A DNA stretch of 63,658 bases, the filler included, from Aduncisulcus paluster (lineage: Eukaryota): assembly GCA_024181965.1 (NCBI GenBank). It is 13 parts of 13 records of this genome, joined end to end, with 100 filler letters (N's around TTAATTAATTAA, not from the genome) between each part and the next. Parts side by side here need not be neighbours in the genome. Positions count along the whole stretch, not along the records: positions 8,369 to 21,622 come from BQXS01011699.1; positions 21,723 to 37,156 come from BQXS01011700.1; 11 more parts are not named here. The stretch is one strand, 5' to 3'. Shown piece after piece: positions 11,505 through 22,955 of this stretch (within the stretch, counting starts at the first letter, position 1; every line of letters starts with the position of its first letter). The notes under the pieces are model-generated. The model did not search any database and was not told where the DNA came from. It saw only the letters and a program-made list of their open reading frames with translations. The position numbers and the translations under genes are program-made.

Positions 11505-12857
11505 TTAATTCTGATTCCACATACTCTCGAACAAGTAAAGGTTAAAGAAGAGAGTTCCAGTGAAGAAAGACCATGAATAGTTGGGTTGTTGATAATTGGG
11601 AGTGTCCTCTCCAAATCCAACCTTGCCTAATATAAGAGGATATACGACATTATGAAAGAAGAAGTAAGCAAGTGGGAGAAGAACAATCACAATGCCTGTG
11701 AGGAGTGCAGTCACAGCCCATAATCTGGTTGTGGTAATCTCATAGGACTCGGAAGTCTGAGGAACAGAAATATTCCCATCGTTGTCACATTTCTTGAGTT
11801 TCTCAAGCTTATCAAATGAAGGGGGAACATTCAACTTATCGTCACTCTCAGAGTCACTTATAATGACCAACGAGAGTTCTCTTGACTGAGATATAGAGGC
11901 GGAAGAAGTTGAGGAAGAGGAATAGATACTTTGAGAAGCCTTAGAAGCGAGTCTTTTCTCGTTAAGGAAGTATTTCTTCAGTGTTCCATCCATCAAAAGC
12001 ATGGGAATCCACGTATCCGTCTCAATACTATGGACATGACTTAGTAAGGCTGGACGAGAGGCATCAGGGAAGTAGTGCGTCACAATGAGGAGTAATCCTT
12101 CACGCATTAAACCAGCAAGGATGAAGAAAACGATAAAGATGATGAAAGTGAGAGTTTGACGGGAGAATGTCATCCTTTCTTGGATGCGACTGAGTAAATT
12201 ACCCCAAATAGAGAGAGAGAAGAGTTGGCTCACAATAAAGGACTGATTATACGAAAAAATAATAGAATATGATTCGAAATGTGTGTATAAACCACTGAAT
12301 ATGTTGTCGTTTCTGATACCAGCATAAACAATAACAGTCAAGATCGTAGCAAGAGTGAGGGTTCCAACCATACGGTGGAAACCGGGAGTGTTAATCGAAA
12401 AGATGTCCCAGAACTTGCCACGGAAGACAACAGGGTCAAATCCAAGGAGCAGGAAACTAATACATTCATGAATGGCTACTGGCATCCAACTTTCATCGGA
12501 AAAGTTCCCTTGGAAAACATATCTAAATCCCATTTCTCCAAGAAACACGTACAAAGCACCCAAAACCATAGCGGAGAAGAAGAAAATAAGGTTGAAAGCA
12601 ATTCTAGACAGATAACTTTTGGATGATCTCTCAATTAACTTGAAAAAGGATGGAATGGCCGTACATATATTCACGAGCACAATGTCCATAACACAAACAG
12701 CACCACAAAAATTCCCAAAATAGTCCAATAGAATTTGACTCGGTAACTGGCAGATCAAGAAAAATAGCAAGAGTCCTAACGCAGATAAGACGGTAAATAC
12801 ACAAATAATTTCGACTATTGAGCGAATTACGGCAGATTCGGCACGGAAAAGAGTCAT
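11505..12857 (-). CDS. Multi-pass membrane protein of unknown family (possible extra 3' exon 11236-11151)
   Basis: About 9-10 hydrophobic segments and a Ser-rich loop. The first ATG is at 12857. Confidence 0.75.
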   Translation of the reverse strand: MTLFRAESAVIRSIVEIICVFTVLSALGLLLFFLICQLPSQILLDYFGNFCGAVCVMDIVLVNICTAIPSFFKLIERSSKSYLSRIAFNLIFFFSAMVLGALYVFLGEMGFRYVFQGNFSDESWMPVAIHECISFLLLGFDPVVFRGKFWDIFSINTPGFHRMVGTLTLATILTVIVYAGIRNDNIFSGLYTHFESYSIIFSYNQSFIVSQLFSLSIWGNLLSRIQERMTFSRQTLTFIIFIVFFILAGLMREGLLLIVTHYFPDASRPALLSHVHSIETDTWIPMLLMDGTLKKYFLNEKRLASKASQSIYSSSSTSSASISQSRELSLVIISDSESDDKLNVPPSFDKLEKLKKCDNDGNISVPQTSESYEITTTRLWAVTALLTGIVIVLLPLAYFFFHNVVYPLILGKVGFGEDTPNYQQPNYSWSFFTGTLFFNLYLFESMWNQN

Positions 12858-13342
12858 ATTAGAAGAGGATGTTTCGAAAGACCAAGAAATAAAATACACC
12901 AATAAGAGTTTTAGATTTATCTATTTTTCTCAAATTGCAAGTTTTCACAATGCAGAGGAACAAATTATGTATTTTCACAAAGCGGGTTTCTATCTGAAGT
13001 GGGATCCAGGAAAAATCTTGAGTGAGTACGATCTAATCTATTCGAGTTGGCAACTGTAAATGGTATAAATATATTTATATTGAAGTATATATTTGATTAT
13101 TATAACTTTTGTTTTAAATTTACTATCATATAAACCAATAGGGAAAACATTGTCTAACTCTTAAACTCATGCACATTATTTTAAATAAAATGAGGAAATA
13201 ATTGAAATATACTCTATTTAGCAAAATTTAACTTCATTTGCTTACTTTAGTGATCAGAAACAACCCCTGACACACAAATGTGTTTTTGGGCTTATTTTTG
13301 ACCGGTCTATTTCAATTTACTCATTTTATTATTTATTATTTA

Positions 13343-15715
13343 ATGAGAATAGAACAAAGAGTTGGTAATTGGGTCGTTAGCTCTCGATTTGATAATGGAA
13401 ATATTGGATCTGTTTCATTACACTCAGATAAACAACCAAATCATATTATTTGTCAGACATCTCCCGATTGTGATGGTACTGAATTCCAAAATCAGCATAG
13501 AACATGGTTTTACTTTTCTGTTACTGATGTAAGTGAACCACTTAATAACGTGACTTTAAAAGTCACTATCTCAAATTTTTCTCAACGAACTCTTTTATTT
13601 AGACACGGGTTACGTCCAGTCTGGCGGGCTCCCCCGACCTTCAAGAATTGGCAAGTTTTAGATGTTGCCCCAATGTTCAAGAAGGGCAAAACTTCTACAT
13701 CTTTGACATTTTCTCTTGCTAAACGCACTGGAGAGCATCCTAGAACTGTTTATTTTGCTCTTACATATCCATTTAGTTATTCGGATTGTCAATCGCTGAT
13801 TGATACTTGGACTCGTTGGCATCGAATTGATTCGAATGGATGTGGTGTTTTCGTTGGAAGAGAACTCCTTACATATTCAACAGATGCTCGAAGGGTTGAT
13901 TTAATTACTATTACAGATACAAAGAGAGGAGATCTCGATACTCGTGAAGGTGAGATTGAAGGTTTATTCCCGGTTGATGTTGAAGAAGAGGAAGAAATGT
14001 CAACGCCTGTCTCCTTGGTTGAAAAATATCAAGAGCCAGTCCATCAAATTGAATATGCCACAGAGAAAGGACCCTCGATCGGTCCTCCTCCTCTTGGAGG
14101 TCCCATCCGTCCATCCCCATCTCCGATCCTTCCAGCTGTTGTTGAGACAGTTCCAAAGCATCCCGTTTCTCCTCATGCGATGTCTCCTCATCCCGTGTCT
14201 CCTCATGTGATGTCCCCAATCTCCTCACCACTCCAACAATCCAAGATAAAGATGCTTAAGAGGCCTCCACTATGTCCGGATAAGCCCAGAGTATTATTGA
14301 CAGCGCGTGCACACCCGGGTGAGAGTCCAGGAAGTTTTATGTTGAATGGTTTCATTGGTTTCCTTCTTTCTTCTGATGTGCGGGCTGCATATTTGAGGTC
14401 AAAGTATGTTTTTCAGTGCATTCCACTCCTTAATCCCGACGGAGTATTTAGAGGACATTACCGCACTGATCAGTTCGGTGTGAATATAAATAGAACATAT
14501 GCTAATCCTGACCGACGTAAGAACCCCATAGTCTGGGCATTTCGACGTTTAATTGATCGTTTTTGTCCCTATTATTCCAATCTCTGGGACTGTACAATCC
14601 CAAGGTATCGACTTGATGACTTTTCACCGGATACATCAGAATATCGCGGACCCAGATATTTTGAGGAATCTGATACAAGCCGTACTGTTTCATCTTCATC
14701 AGCAACTGCTCTTCCAAAGACCAAGGATGGAGATGAAGATCCTGCTCGAGACATAGCATCTAAAATATCTGCATTAAGAAGCGGAGAATTGAAATCAGAG
14801 CAAGATGAAGAAGTGACTGGAGATGGAGTATTGGATGATGATCTTGGGATTGAGAAATTCGTTGATTCCTCCACGGATGATGACATTCAGCATAGAGATA
14901 TACATAAATCAAAGATAAATATACCCAAATGGCGCAAACTTAACCTATATATAGATTTCCATGCGCATGCATCAAAACGGGGTGCATTTGCTTATGGAAA
15001 TTACTTCCCTGAGTCGGATAAGGAAGGATTTATTGAATCCCTGATGTACAGTCGTCTTGTAGCTCTCAATAGCGGGCATTTCTCCCATGTCGGCTCAACT
15101 TTCTCAGACAAGATGATGACATCTAAGGACAATTACGGGGAAGGAAGGGAAGGGACGTCGCGTGTGTGTGCATTCAATGTGACTAGATCCCCATGTATTT
15201 ACACGATTGAGGCCCATTATGGACGCACAAAGAATGTTAATGCTGTGATTCCTGTACCTCAAATCGACGAAGGGTACTGTGGATCAATCAAACCATCGTT
15301 TTTGTCCCCAGTTGAATGGATGGATATTGGGAAAGGAGCTGCACTTGCCTTATTTGACAGGACGTATCTCCGTGATCGTGGAATTAAACCAATGTTGTTT
15401 GTCAAACCTCTGCGTTCATCCATAATGCCTAAGATAGTTCTCCGTTCTGTCCGATCTACGGTGTGCACGGTGTTGGACCCTGACGATCTTTGTGATGACG
15501 CTGACGGGAGTGACGATGGTGGTCTTTCGCTCAGCAGGGTGACCTTTACTCGCTTCAAAACACTCGCCAATGTTCTCAAATCCCTTGTAACTGAAGCCAG
15601 GTGCAGGGGATTGCCTGTTCCTGCAATTAAATCAAGCATTCCAAAACGACCAAAGAAAGTAACAAACAAGAAAGGAGGGATAAAAGATAAAAAAATTATA
15701 AAGAAAAAGAAATGA
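13343..15715 (+). CDS. AGBL5: Cytosolic carboxypeptidase, CCP5/AGBL5-like (M14D tubulin deglutamylase)
   Basis: SRFDNGN, PDCDGTEFQNQHRTWFYF, TYPFSY, ARAHPGE (HxxE), LNPDGVFRGHYRTD..GVNINR, YIDFHAHASKRG, EGTSRV, YTIE. Confidence 0.88.
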   Translation: MRIEQRVGNWVVSSRFDNGNIGSVSLHSDKQPNHIICQTSPDCDGTEFQNQHRTWFYFSVTDVSEPLNNVTLKVTISNFSQRTLLFRHGLRPVWRAPPTFKNWQVLDVAPMFKKGKTSTSLTFSLAKRTGEHPRTVYFALTYPFSYSDCQSLIDTWTRWHRIDSNGCGVFVGRELLTYSTDARRVDLITITDTKRGDLDTREGEIEGLFPVDVEEEEEMSTPVSLVEKYQEPVHQIEYATEKGPSIGPPPLGGPIRPSPSPILPAVVETVPKHPVSPHAMSPHPVSPHVMSPISSPLQQSKIKMLKRPPLCPDKPRVLLTARAHPGESPGSFMLNGFIGFLLSSDVRAAYLRSKYVFQCIPLLNPDGVFRGHYRTDQFGVNINRTYANPDRRKNPIVWAFRRLIDRFCPYYSNLWDCTIPRYRLDDFSPDTSEYRGPRYFEESDTSRTVSSSSATALPKTKDGDEDPARDIASKISALRSGELKSEQDEEVTGDGVLDDDLGIEKFVDSSTDDDIQHRDIHKSKINIPKWRKLNLYIDFHAHASKRGAFAYGNYFPESDKEGFIESLMYSRLVALNSGHFSHVGSTFSDKMMTSKDNYGEGREGTSRVCAFNVTRSPCIYTIEAHYGRTKNVNAVIPVPQIDEGYCGSIKPSFLSPVEWMDIGKGAALALFDRTYLRDRGIKPMLFVKPLRSSIMPKIVLRSVRSTVCTVLDPDDLCDDADGSDDGGLSLSRVTFTRFKTLANVLKSLVTEARCRGLPVPAIKSSIPKRPKKVTNKKGGIKDKKIIKKKK

Positions 15716-17036
15716 ATAATATTTAATTTGCTTATTTATTATTCCATATATATATATATCAATTGTACTATTTTTAGTTATTTATTTGTATTTGTATTTG
15801 TGCAATATCCTGTAGATGGTTGTAAACTAGAAATAATGTCCTAAACTATCTCTACTATACTTGTACTATTGCCAACTACGCAGTGCGTTATATATTGCTC
15901 ATTATTGGGAATGCATTATATCTATTATATAAGATAGATAATCATGTATCATTATATTGCTGCTTTAAATGGAGCTTTATCTTTCTTAGCTATCACAACT
16001 TCAAGGTTCAACTTGTTGTGGTGCATCATGCACCGAGATACAATGATTGTATCTTGGGATTAGTTCCGAAAGCTGAATTGAATATATATCCATATATTTG
16101 TAAAATTCATGCCATCATTATCGATATTGAGATCTTGTCTGTAGCTTCTGGCTTGGTAGCACTATCTGAGCGAAAGTCTTCCTGGACCAATAAACTCACT
16201 GTGAATTACCCAGTTTATGATCTTATATTTAATTTAAATTTAAATAATGAATGCTATTAAACGTCTTTTTATCTCTAATTAACAAATTTAGGCGACTGTT
16301 AATGTTTATGAAAAAAAAAAATGAATTTGCCCCCATATTCCATAATGGTCCGCGAAGGGGAAATTGATGGATGTTGGATGATGTCTGAAATAACTAAATT
16401 TGGAACTGGAATTACAGAATCCCTTCCAGAACAGAGGAAGTTACCCTCAATTCCTCAAAGATCCCTTTCCTTGCTTGAACAGTATCATATTCAACAAATG
16501 GAAAAGTCAAAACGAAGAGCGAATCCTACAAATTATGATCAATGATCTAATTAATTGGAGAAATGAGATATCTGCCGAATTGGAACTTCCTATTTATAAG
16601 ATACGGTAATTGTTCCAAAATAGATGCTAAAATGAATATTGGTCAATATTGCTGCAAATAGAAGATAAAACATACAAGTATATTATGATTTTTGCTTTTG
16701 TAGAGATGAGTTAAATGATCCACTTTTACTTGATGCTCTGATATCTATCTATCTATAATAGTGATATTTTGAAATTTCTTTTATTTTTCTAATAAACGTC
16801 ATTTATAGTGCAACTATGGCAATTGTATGCAGTAATGGGAAGATAACTGAAACCCATTCTACATGTTCAGATTCTAATTATATATACCTATTCCCACAAT
16901 TAATTTGTATTAAAATGGTTCTTCATTACATTTATTAGAATTATAGTTTCTTTATTCGGGCCGAATAATTTTGTTTGGTGGAAATGAATTTTTCCCCATC
17001 ATTCTTTCAGTTTTCTTCGTGATTAATCACCATCCA

Positions 17037-20000
17037 ATGAATTATTATATCAAAAAGGTAAATATCCGAAATTTTCGGAGTTATAAGGAATTAAATATCA
17101 CATCTCCATTCAACCCAGGCTTAAATCTTATTGGTATGTTTTTTTAATCGTTATTTGTGCATTTTTTATTCTAACTTTTTCACTAATGTGTGTTTATATT
17201 TGAATTTATGCCATATTTATTTTGAAATCGTATGATATTAGTTGGTGCCAATGGGAGTGGGAAAAGCAATTTATTGCTTGCTATTAGATTTGTTTTATTG
17301 GATGGAGAATTATCTACAATTAGAACAAGACATGAAAGACATGCTTTTATTCATTCTGGAGTGGGAGGTACTGATCCACATGGATCTGCCTCAGTGACTG
17401 TCACTTTTTCTCGAAGAGTAACGACCAAAAGACGAGAAGATCATGAAGAAGAAGAAGATGAAGATGATCTTAATGATGTTATTCTTTCCAGAGAGCTTGA
17501 AACAGTTTTGCCCTTGAAGGATAAACTGTCCATCAATGGTAAGACCGTATCAAAGCAAGAATACATCGATTTCCTTGAATCTGAATTAAAATTCCCGAGA
17601 TCGTCGCCCTATAATGTTGTCCAACAAGGTAAGGTTGCTGAAATGAGTCTTATGTCAGAAACAGAGTTATTCAAACTTCTCAAGGGAGTTTCTGGGGCTT
17701 CTTCATACGTCCAAAAAAGAGATGAGGCTCTTAAAAAGATGCAAGCCGCCAAAAAGAAAAGGGTTGAAGTTGAGCTTCACTTGGACTCAATGAAACGAAC
17801 ACTGGAGTCTCTCTCTGAAGAGCAAGAGAAGTTGATATCGTGTCTAGAAGTTGAGAAACAACGTGATGGAGCTCTTGCTATGAAGCTAGAAATGGAACTT
17901 GAACAACATCATAGTGAGATTGAGAAGAAGGCTGAAGAATTACGTAAGATTGAAGAGAAACTCTCGAAAGAAAAAGAACAGCTTCAAAGACGTGAAAATA
18001 GTGTTGCAATGAAAGAATCTGAACTCATTCGACTAATTGAAGAAGAAGTGGAGAAAAAGGAAGGTGTCAAACAGGCCATTCTCAGAGAGATCAGTGAAGG
18101 AACAGACGCTATCGACTATGGAGATGAAGAGTCAGAATTGATGTCTGAAGAAGAAGAAGGAGAGATTCATGATGGTACCCAAGCCAATGCTCGAGCCTTG
18201 AAGCGTACTTCCAAACGCAAGCAGACTGCCTTGAGCAATTATCAGGAAGCGTGTGAGGATCTTGACCATGCTGAGCAAGAGTTAGTCCGTTTAAAGAAGA
18301 ATGTGGACACAATGACACACCAACTTGAAGAGCAGCACTCATCTGTGCAGAAAATGACCATAGAAGCCGATGTGTTGGAGCTTAAACAGCATGCTGCCGA
18401 TGAATTTGATAACATTGACGAAAGAAAAGACTATTTGGAGAAGAAGATTGAGACTTTAAGCTCCATCATAGTCGAATCTACCTCTGAGATTAAAGAAAGG
18501 GTCTCAGAGCAACAAAAGATGGCCAAAACTATTGAAGAATTGTCTGAGCAGCTCACATCTCTTCATAGTGCTGCTTCATCTGCCATAGACAATGAGACTG
18601 CTGCTGAAGGGAAGCTCTCTGAGGTCAGGGAGGAGATGAAAGGTATCAAAGCGGGTCTAATGAACATAAACGGAGAGATATCACGTCTTTCCGCGTCTAA
18701 ATCAAGATATCTTTCAGAGTTAGCGCATGTTGAGGATGAGCTGTGTAGTTATGGTGCTGTAGGGAAGGTAAGAGAAGCTTTACGTGTCAGGAATCTTGTT
18801 AAACGATGGGAAAAGGAAGGGAAGCACAAAGAGGTAACAGATGGAGTTCTCGGATGTGTCTTTGAGCTTCTTGTTCACTCTCCAAAGCTTGACATTGCCA
18901 TCGAAGAAGCTGCCAAGAATAATCTCTTTGCTATTGTTCTTAAGAATGACGATGTCCTCACGAGGATCCTTGACCTGCTCGATGAAGAGGATGAGATGGA
19001 AGAAGAAGAGAGAGCTGCATCATCAACTAGGAGGTCGTGGCAGCCATCAAGGAAGGAAGGGGAGGCTTCTTTCCTGTTACTCAATCGCATCAGAAAGAAA
19101 GTTCCCGAGATGCATGAAAATAAGGAGAAGAAATGCTATCCTCTTTGCAAACAGATGCGTACAGTCTGGGATAAGAAGATATCTCCAGCAAACCCAAGAG
19201 AGGAGGAAGAAGAGAGAGACGGAGAGGAAGAAGAGAGAGAGGAGAGAGAAGAAGCTTCCAAAGCAACACAGTCGTCGCCCCTTTCCTCTTACTCTGTTCC
19301 TCTGATGTTTTCCATATTTGGCCAATGTTTTTTATGCCAATCTTTGTCTCTAGGTCGTTCGTTCGCTCGAGAACAAGGCGTTAAGGTGGTGACAGTATCT
19401 GGAGACATTGCCGAGAGTGGTGGTGCCATCATAGGAGGTCGAGCCGAGAGAAGGAAAGGAAGAAGCGCGGCTGGGAATGTCCGCATCGACCGTGGATTCA
19501 TGTGTGTCTGGCGAGAATATAGAGAGAAAGAGGCTGAAGTGACTGATATTGAAGCTAAACTAACACAGTNNNNNNNNNNNNNNNNNNNNGGAGACATTGC
19601 CGAGAGTGGTGGTGCCATCATAGGAGGTCGAGCCGAGAGAAGGAAAGGAAGAAGCGCGGCTGGGAATGTCCGCATCGACCGTGGATTCATGTGTGTCTGG
19701 CGAGAATATAGAGAGAAAGAGGCTGAAGTGACTGATATTGAAGCTAAACTAACACAGTCCAATGCAGTCAAAGTATCCTTGGATAAACAAAACATTGCTG
19801 TGCGTCAAAAGCTCCAGACCTTCAAGATGGCTGTGTATTCGACCGTTGAGGAACGTGAACATGCAAGAGAACGTCGTGAGGGTCTCCAAAGACAGCGGGA
19901 TAGGTGTGTCGAGGAAGAGAGGGAGATGTCCCGAAGGATTAGAGTTCTCACTGATAACAAGGATAAGAGAATCAAAGAAAAAGACGAGATGCAAGGATTA

Positions 20001-21221
20001 TTGGAGGCTTTGGAACGAAAGACGGCTTCTCTCCGAAGTTCTCAATCTTCTCAGTCCTCCCAGTCTATGGAAACTGGCTCTGTTGCTTCATTGTCACTTA
20101 CTAAGCAAGAACAAAGGACTCTGAAGAAGCTTCTCAAGAATCTAGAAATAGAACGAGGCGAAGAAGAGCGTCTTGAGAGTGAAGTCACCGAAATGAAGGA
20201 GAGTATTCGTGTGAAGGAGCGTTTATTGAGGAAGCGGGAGAGTCAAAAGGAGAAGAAATTAGCTGAATGTCTGAAATTGGGTATAGATGTTGCGAAGATG
20301 CAGAAAATGTCAAAGAAGGACGAAGAAGAAGATGAAGAAGATGAAAGAGAGGTGAGTGAGAATACTGAGGAAGAAGGAAGCTTTGAGGATGCTAAAAGAA
20401 CTATTTCTGGAGTATCTGGAGTGTCTGGATTTGCCGGAAAGAGTGCCAAACGTTCTGTGTTCGAGGCAAAGAAAGCTCTCTCCGAAATAGTGCAACGTAT
20501 CAGAGAAAAAAGGCAACAGATTGAGCAAGAAAAGGATAAAATGACCGAATATTCCCAACAGCATGTGAGGAGGACAGAAATTGAGGAGACAGTGGCTATT
20601 GAATCAGCTCAGAGAGTTAAAGACGCCTCGAAACGGAAAAAAGAAGAACTTGTTCGCCTCGGCGGAATCTCTCAAGAAATTCGCGATAAATTCAGGTCAT
20701 ACTCTTTGGCCGCACTGAATGGATACATAGACAAACGTCAAACAGATATTACGAATAACTTTAGGGATGTCAATAAGAGTGCAGTTGATGAATATCAGTT
20801 CAGTGTTGACAAACAGAAGGAATTCTCAAAGGAGCTTGATCAAGTGAAGAAAGGAGAGAAGCATCTCGAGGAACTTGTGTCCAATGCTGATATTGATAAG
20901 ACAAGAACAATCATTAACACAGCCATTTCTGTTGCTTCTTCTTTCTCTTCGGTCTTCAGTTCACTTACTGGAGGTTCTGGACAAGGTGGAATCAGTGTTC
21001 TAATCAAGGGAAGGGAAGTTGAAATGGGAGAAGTTGAGCGAGTGGAGAAGGCAAGACAGAAAAAGGAAGAAATGGAGAAAGAGAAGGAGAAGAAGAAGAA
21101 AGAGAAAGAGAAGGAAAGGAAGAAGAGGCAAAGAGCAAAAGAAAGGAGAAGAATATATCGTAAAGAAATGGAAGAGGAGGATGACGAAGAAGGAGAGGAA
21201 GAGGAAGACAAGGAAGAAGAG

Positions 21222-21256
<35 letters not shown>

Positions 21257-21622
21257 GGAGGAGGAAGAAGAGTTGAAAGATGATACATCTGAATGTCTTG
21301 ATGTTGAAAGTTGGTCTGGATTGAAGGTTAACGTTAATTTTACTGGAACAGCACCTCATTCTATGAAGGAATTGAGTGGTGGACAGCGAACAATTGTGGC
21401 CCTCAGTCTTGTATTTGCCATTCAACAGTGTATTCCAGCGCCTGTTTATGTGCTTGATGAGACCGATGCTGCTCTTGATGCTCGGTATCGGGCCAATGTT
21501 GCCAAAAGTTTGTATGAACGTGCTGTGAACACCCAATTCCTGGTGACATCCTTTAGAGGTGAGCTGTGTGGTGTTGCAGATCGTTGCTGGTGTGTCGAAA
21601 GTGGTGAACGAGAAAGTGAGTT
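17037..21622 (+). CDS. SMC3: Cohesin SMC3 (exon 1 17037-17133, exon 2 from 17242; in-frame gap duplication; last codons truncated)
   Basis: Spliced N-terminus MNYYIKKVNIRNFRSYKE...NLIVGANGSGKSN (Walker A). Also PYNVVQQGKV, hinge GDIAESGGAIIGG, and LSGGQRTIVALSLVFAIQQCIPAPVYVLDETDAALDARYR. Confidence 0.9.
17134..17241 (+). other. Spliceosomal intron, 108 nt, phase 1
   Basis: GTATGT...TATGATATTAG. Removal restores the conserved SMC N-terminus in frame. Confidence 0.9.
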
Positions 21623-21724
21623 NNNNNNNNNNNNNNNNNNNNNNNNNNNNNNNNNNNNNNNNNNNNTTAATTAATTAANNNNNNNNNNNNNNNNNNNNNN
21701 NNNNNNNNNNNNNNNNNNNNNNAA

Positions 21725-22471
21725 GAGGACTCATTTTGGTCGCTGTTTGTCATCATCATCTTTGCTCTATCGTTCATTATTCTCATCTTTCTTGTGTATA
21801 TCATTTACTTGTGTTGTGTGATCAAACGCATGGAACGATCGATATCTGGGAGTTCTGTCCTCAGCAACCGAAAAGTGAAACATCGAAAGCAGGTTGTGAC
21901 TGTGAAAAGGAGGAAGAAGAAGACGTTATTGAATCAAGGTCTTGTGACGAAAGAGGAGTCAGCAAATAAGATCCATCCCTTGCATCCCTTGCATCCAGTT
22001 CAAGATGCAGAAGAAATGGTGTCTGTTCTTCCTTCAATGACATCTCCAGTAATGATTCAACATGATGTTCATGATCCAGATTCAAATCCTTCTTCCTCTT
22101 ATTCCTGTTCTTCCTCTTCTGACGATGACGATAGAATGAGAGAAATCCAAGACTCAGAGAAGGCAAAGGAGAACAAACAGAAGCAAAAGCAGAAGCAGAA
22201 GCAGAAGAAGAGATTGCAGAAGAAAGTGATGATACGGAAGAAATCGACATCGATGCCGAAGATGTCGTCAAAAGAGGAGAATGATGATGCTCGTCCAAGA
22301 ATATCCTCAGATAAGAGTGTCCATGTCCCTTCTGGTCGTGCTGAGGATGAATGTGCTACCGATGCTTTGCAGGAGACATTGCAGAAGAAGAGCACGAAGA
22401 ATAAGAGGAAGAAAGGGAAAGTGATCAGGTCACGACAGATTGTGAGACGGACAATCAAACAAATGCCTTGA
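21725..22471 (+). CDS. C-terminal part of a membrane protein (one TM helix and a basic, low-complexity tail)
   Basis: Open from the contig edge: EDSFWSLFVIIIFALSFIILIFLVYIIYLCCVIKR, then a K/R/S-rich tail. Confidence 0.7.
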   Translation, partial: EDSFWSLFVIIIFALSFIILIFLVYIIYLCCVIKRMERSISGSSVLSNRKVKHRKQVVTVKRRKKKTLLNQGLVTKEESANKIHPLHPLHPVQDAEEMVSVLPSMTSPVMIQHDVHDPDSNPSSSYSCSSSSDDDDRMREIQDSEKAKENKQKQKQKQKQKKRLQKKVMIRKKSTSMPKMSSKEENDDARPRISSDKSVHVPSGRAEDECATDALQETLQKKSTKNKRKKGKVIRSRQIVRRTIKQMP

Positions 22472-22955
22472 TGATATTTGGAATGGGTTTGATGCAAAAT
22501 CCCATTCATTCAATGAGTCATTAGTTGAATGATCGGACTGATGATGTATGTTTTTTTACTGTGGTGAATCGTGGAACCAACTGTGAGATTTGCAGATGGA
22601 ATAGATCATCCAAGAAACCGGAACAAACATTCATGAATAATCGAATCGATTCTTTTTTTCATAAATTATGAATCGTTATAATTTATAATATTTCACACTG
22701 GTCCTTTTTCGTTGAATTATTCAAGTCTTGAATACATTGATTAAATCTATAACAAACTATTACGAATAATAGTGATTATTGATAGGTTTAACGGGGTGAC
22801 GATCACAATTGTTATCATGGCCTATCCCTACACAATGTCATAATTGTAATTAATAGTATTAATTTAATACGTTTAAAGAGAGATAATTGTAATTGAGTGC
22901 ATATATCATGTTTGGAATAAACTAATACTATATTGTAGATCTACTATACAATATA

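Noticed and set aside
15883..16609. ORFs 15883-16260, 16321-16545 and 16400-16609
   Set aside because: No recognisable motifs and AT-rich intergenic composition; possibly gene debris.
19401..19758. Duplicated hinge segment in SMC3 (and similar internal repeats at 40577-40976 and 54812-55529)
   Set aside because: These are identical copies either side of a 20-N gap, so they are unmerged overlaps, not domain duplications.
22491..22550. Hairpins after TGA-TGA as a SECIS or readthrough signal
   Set aside because: There is no SECIS core geometry and no selenoprotein-like context.
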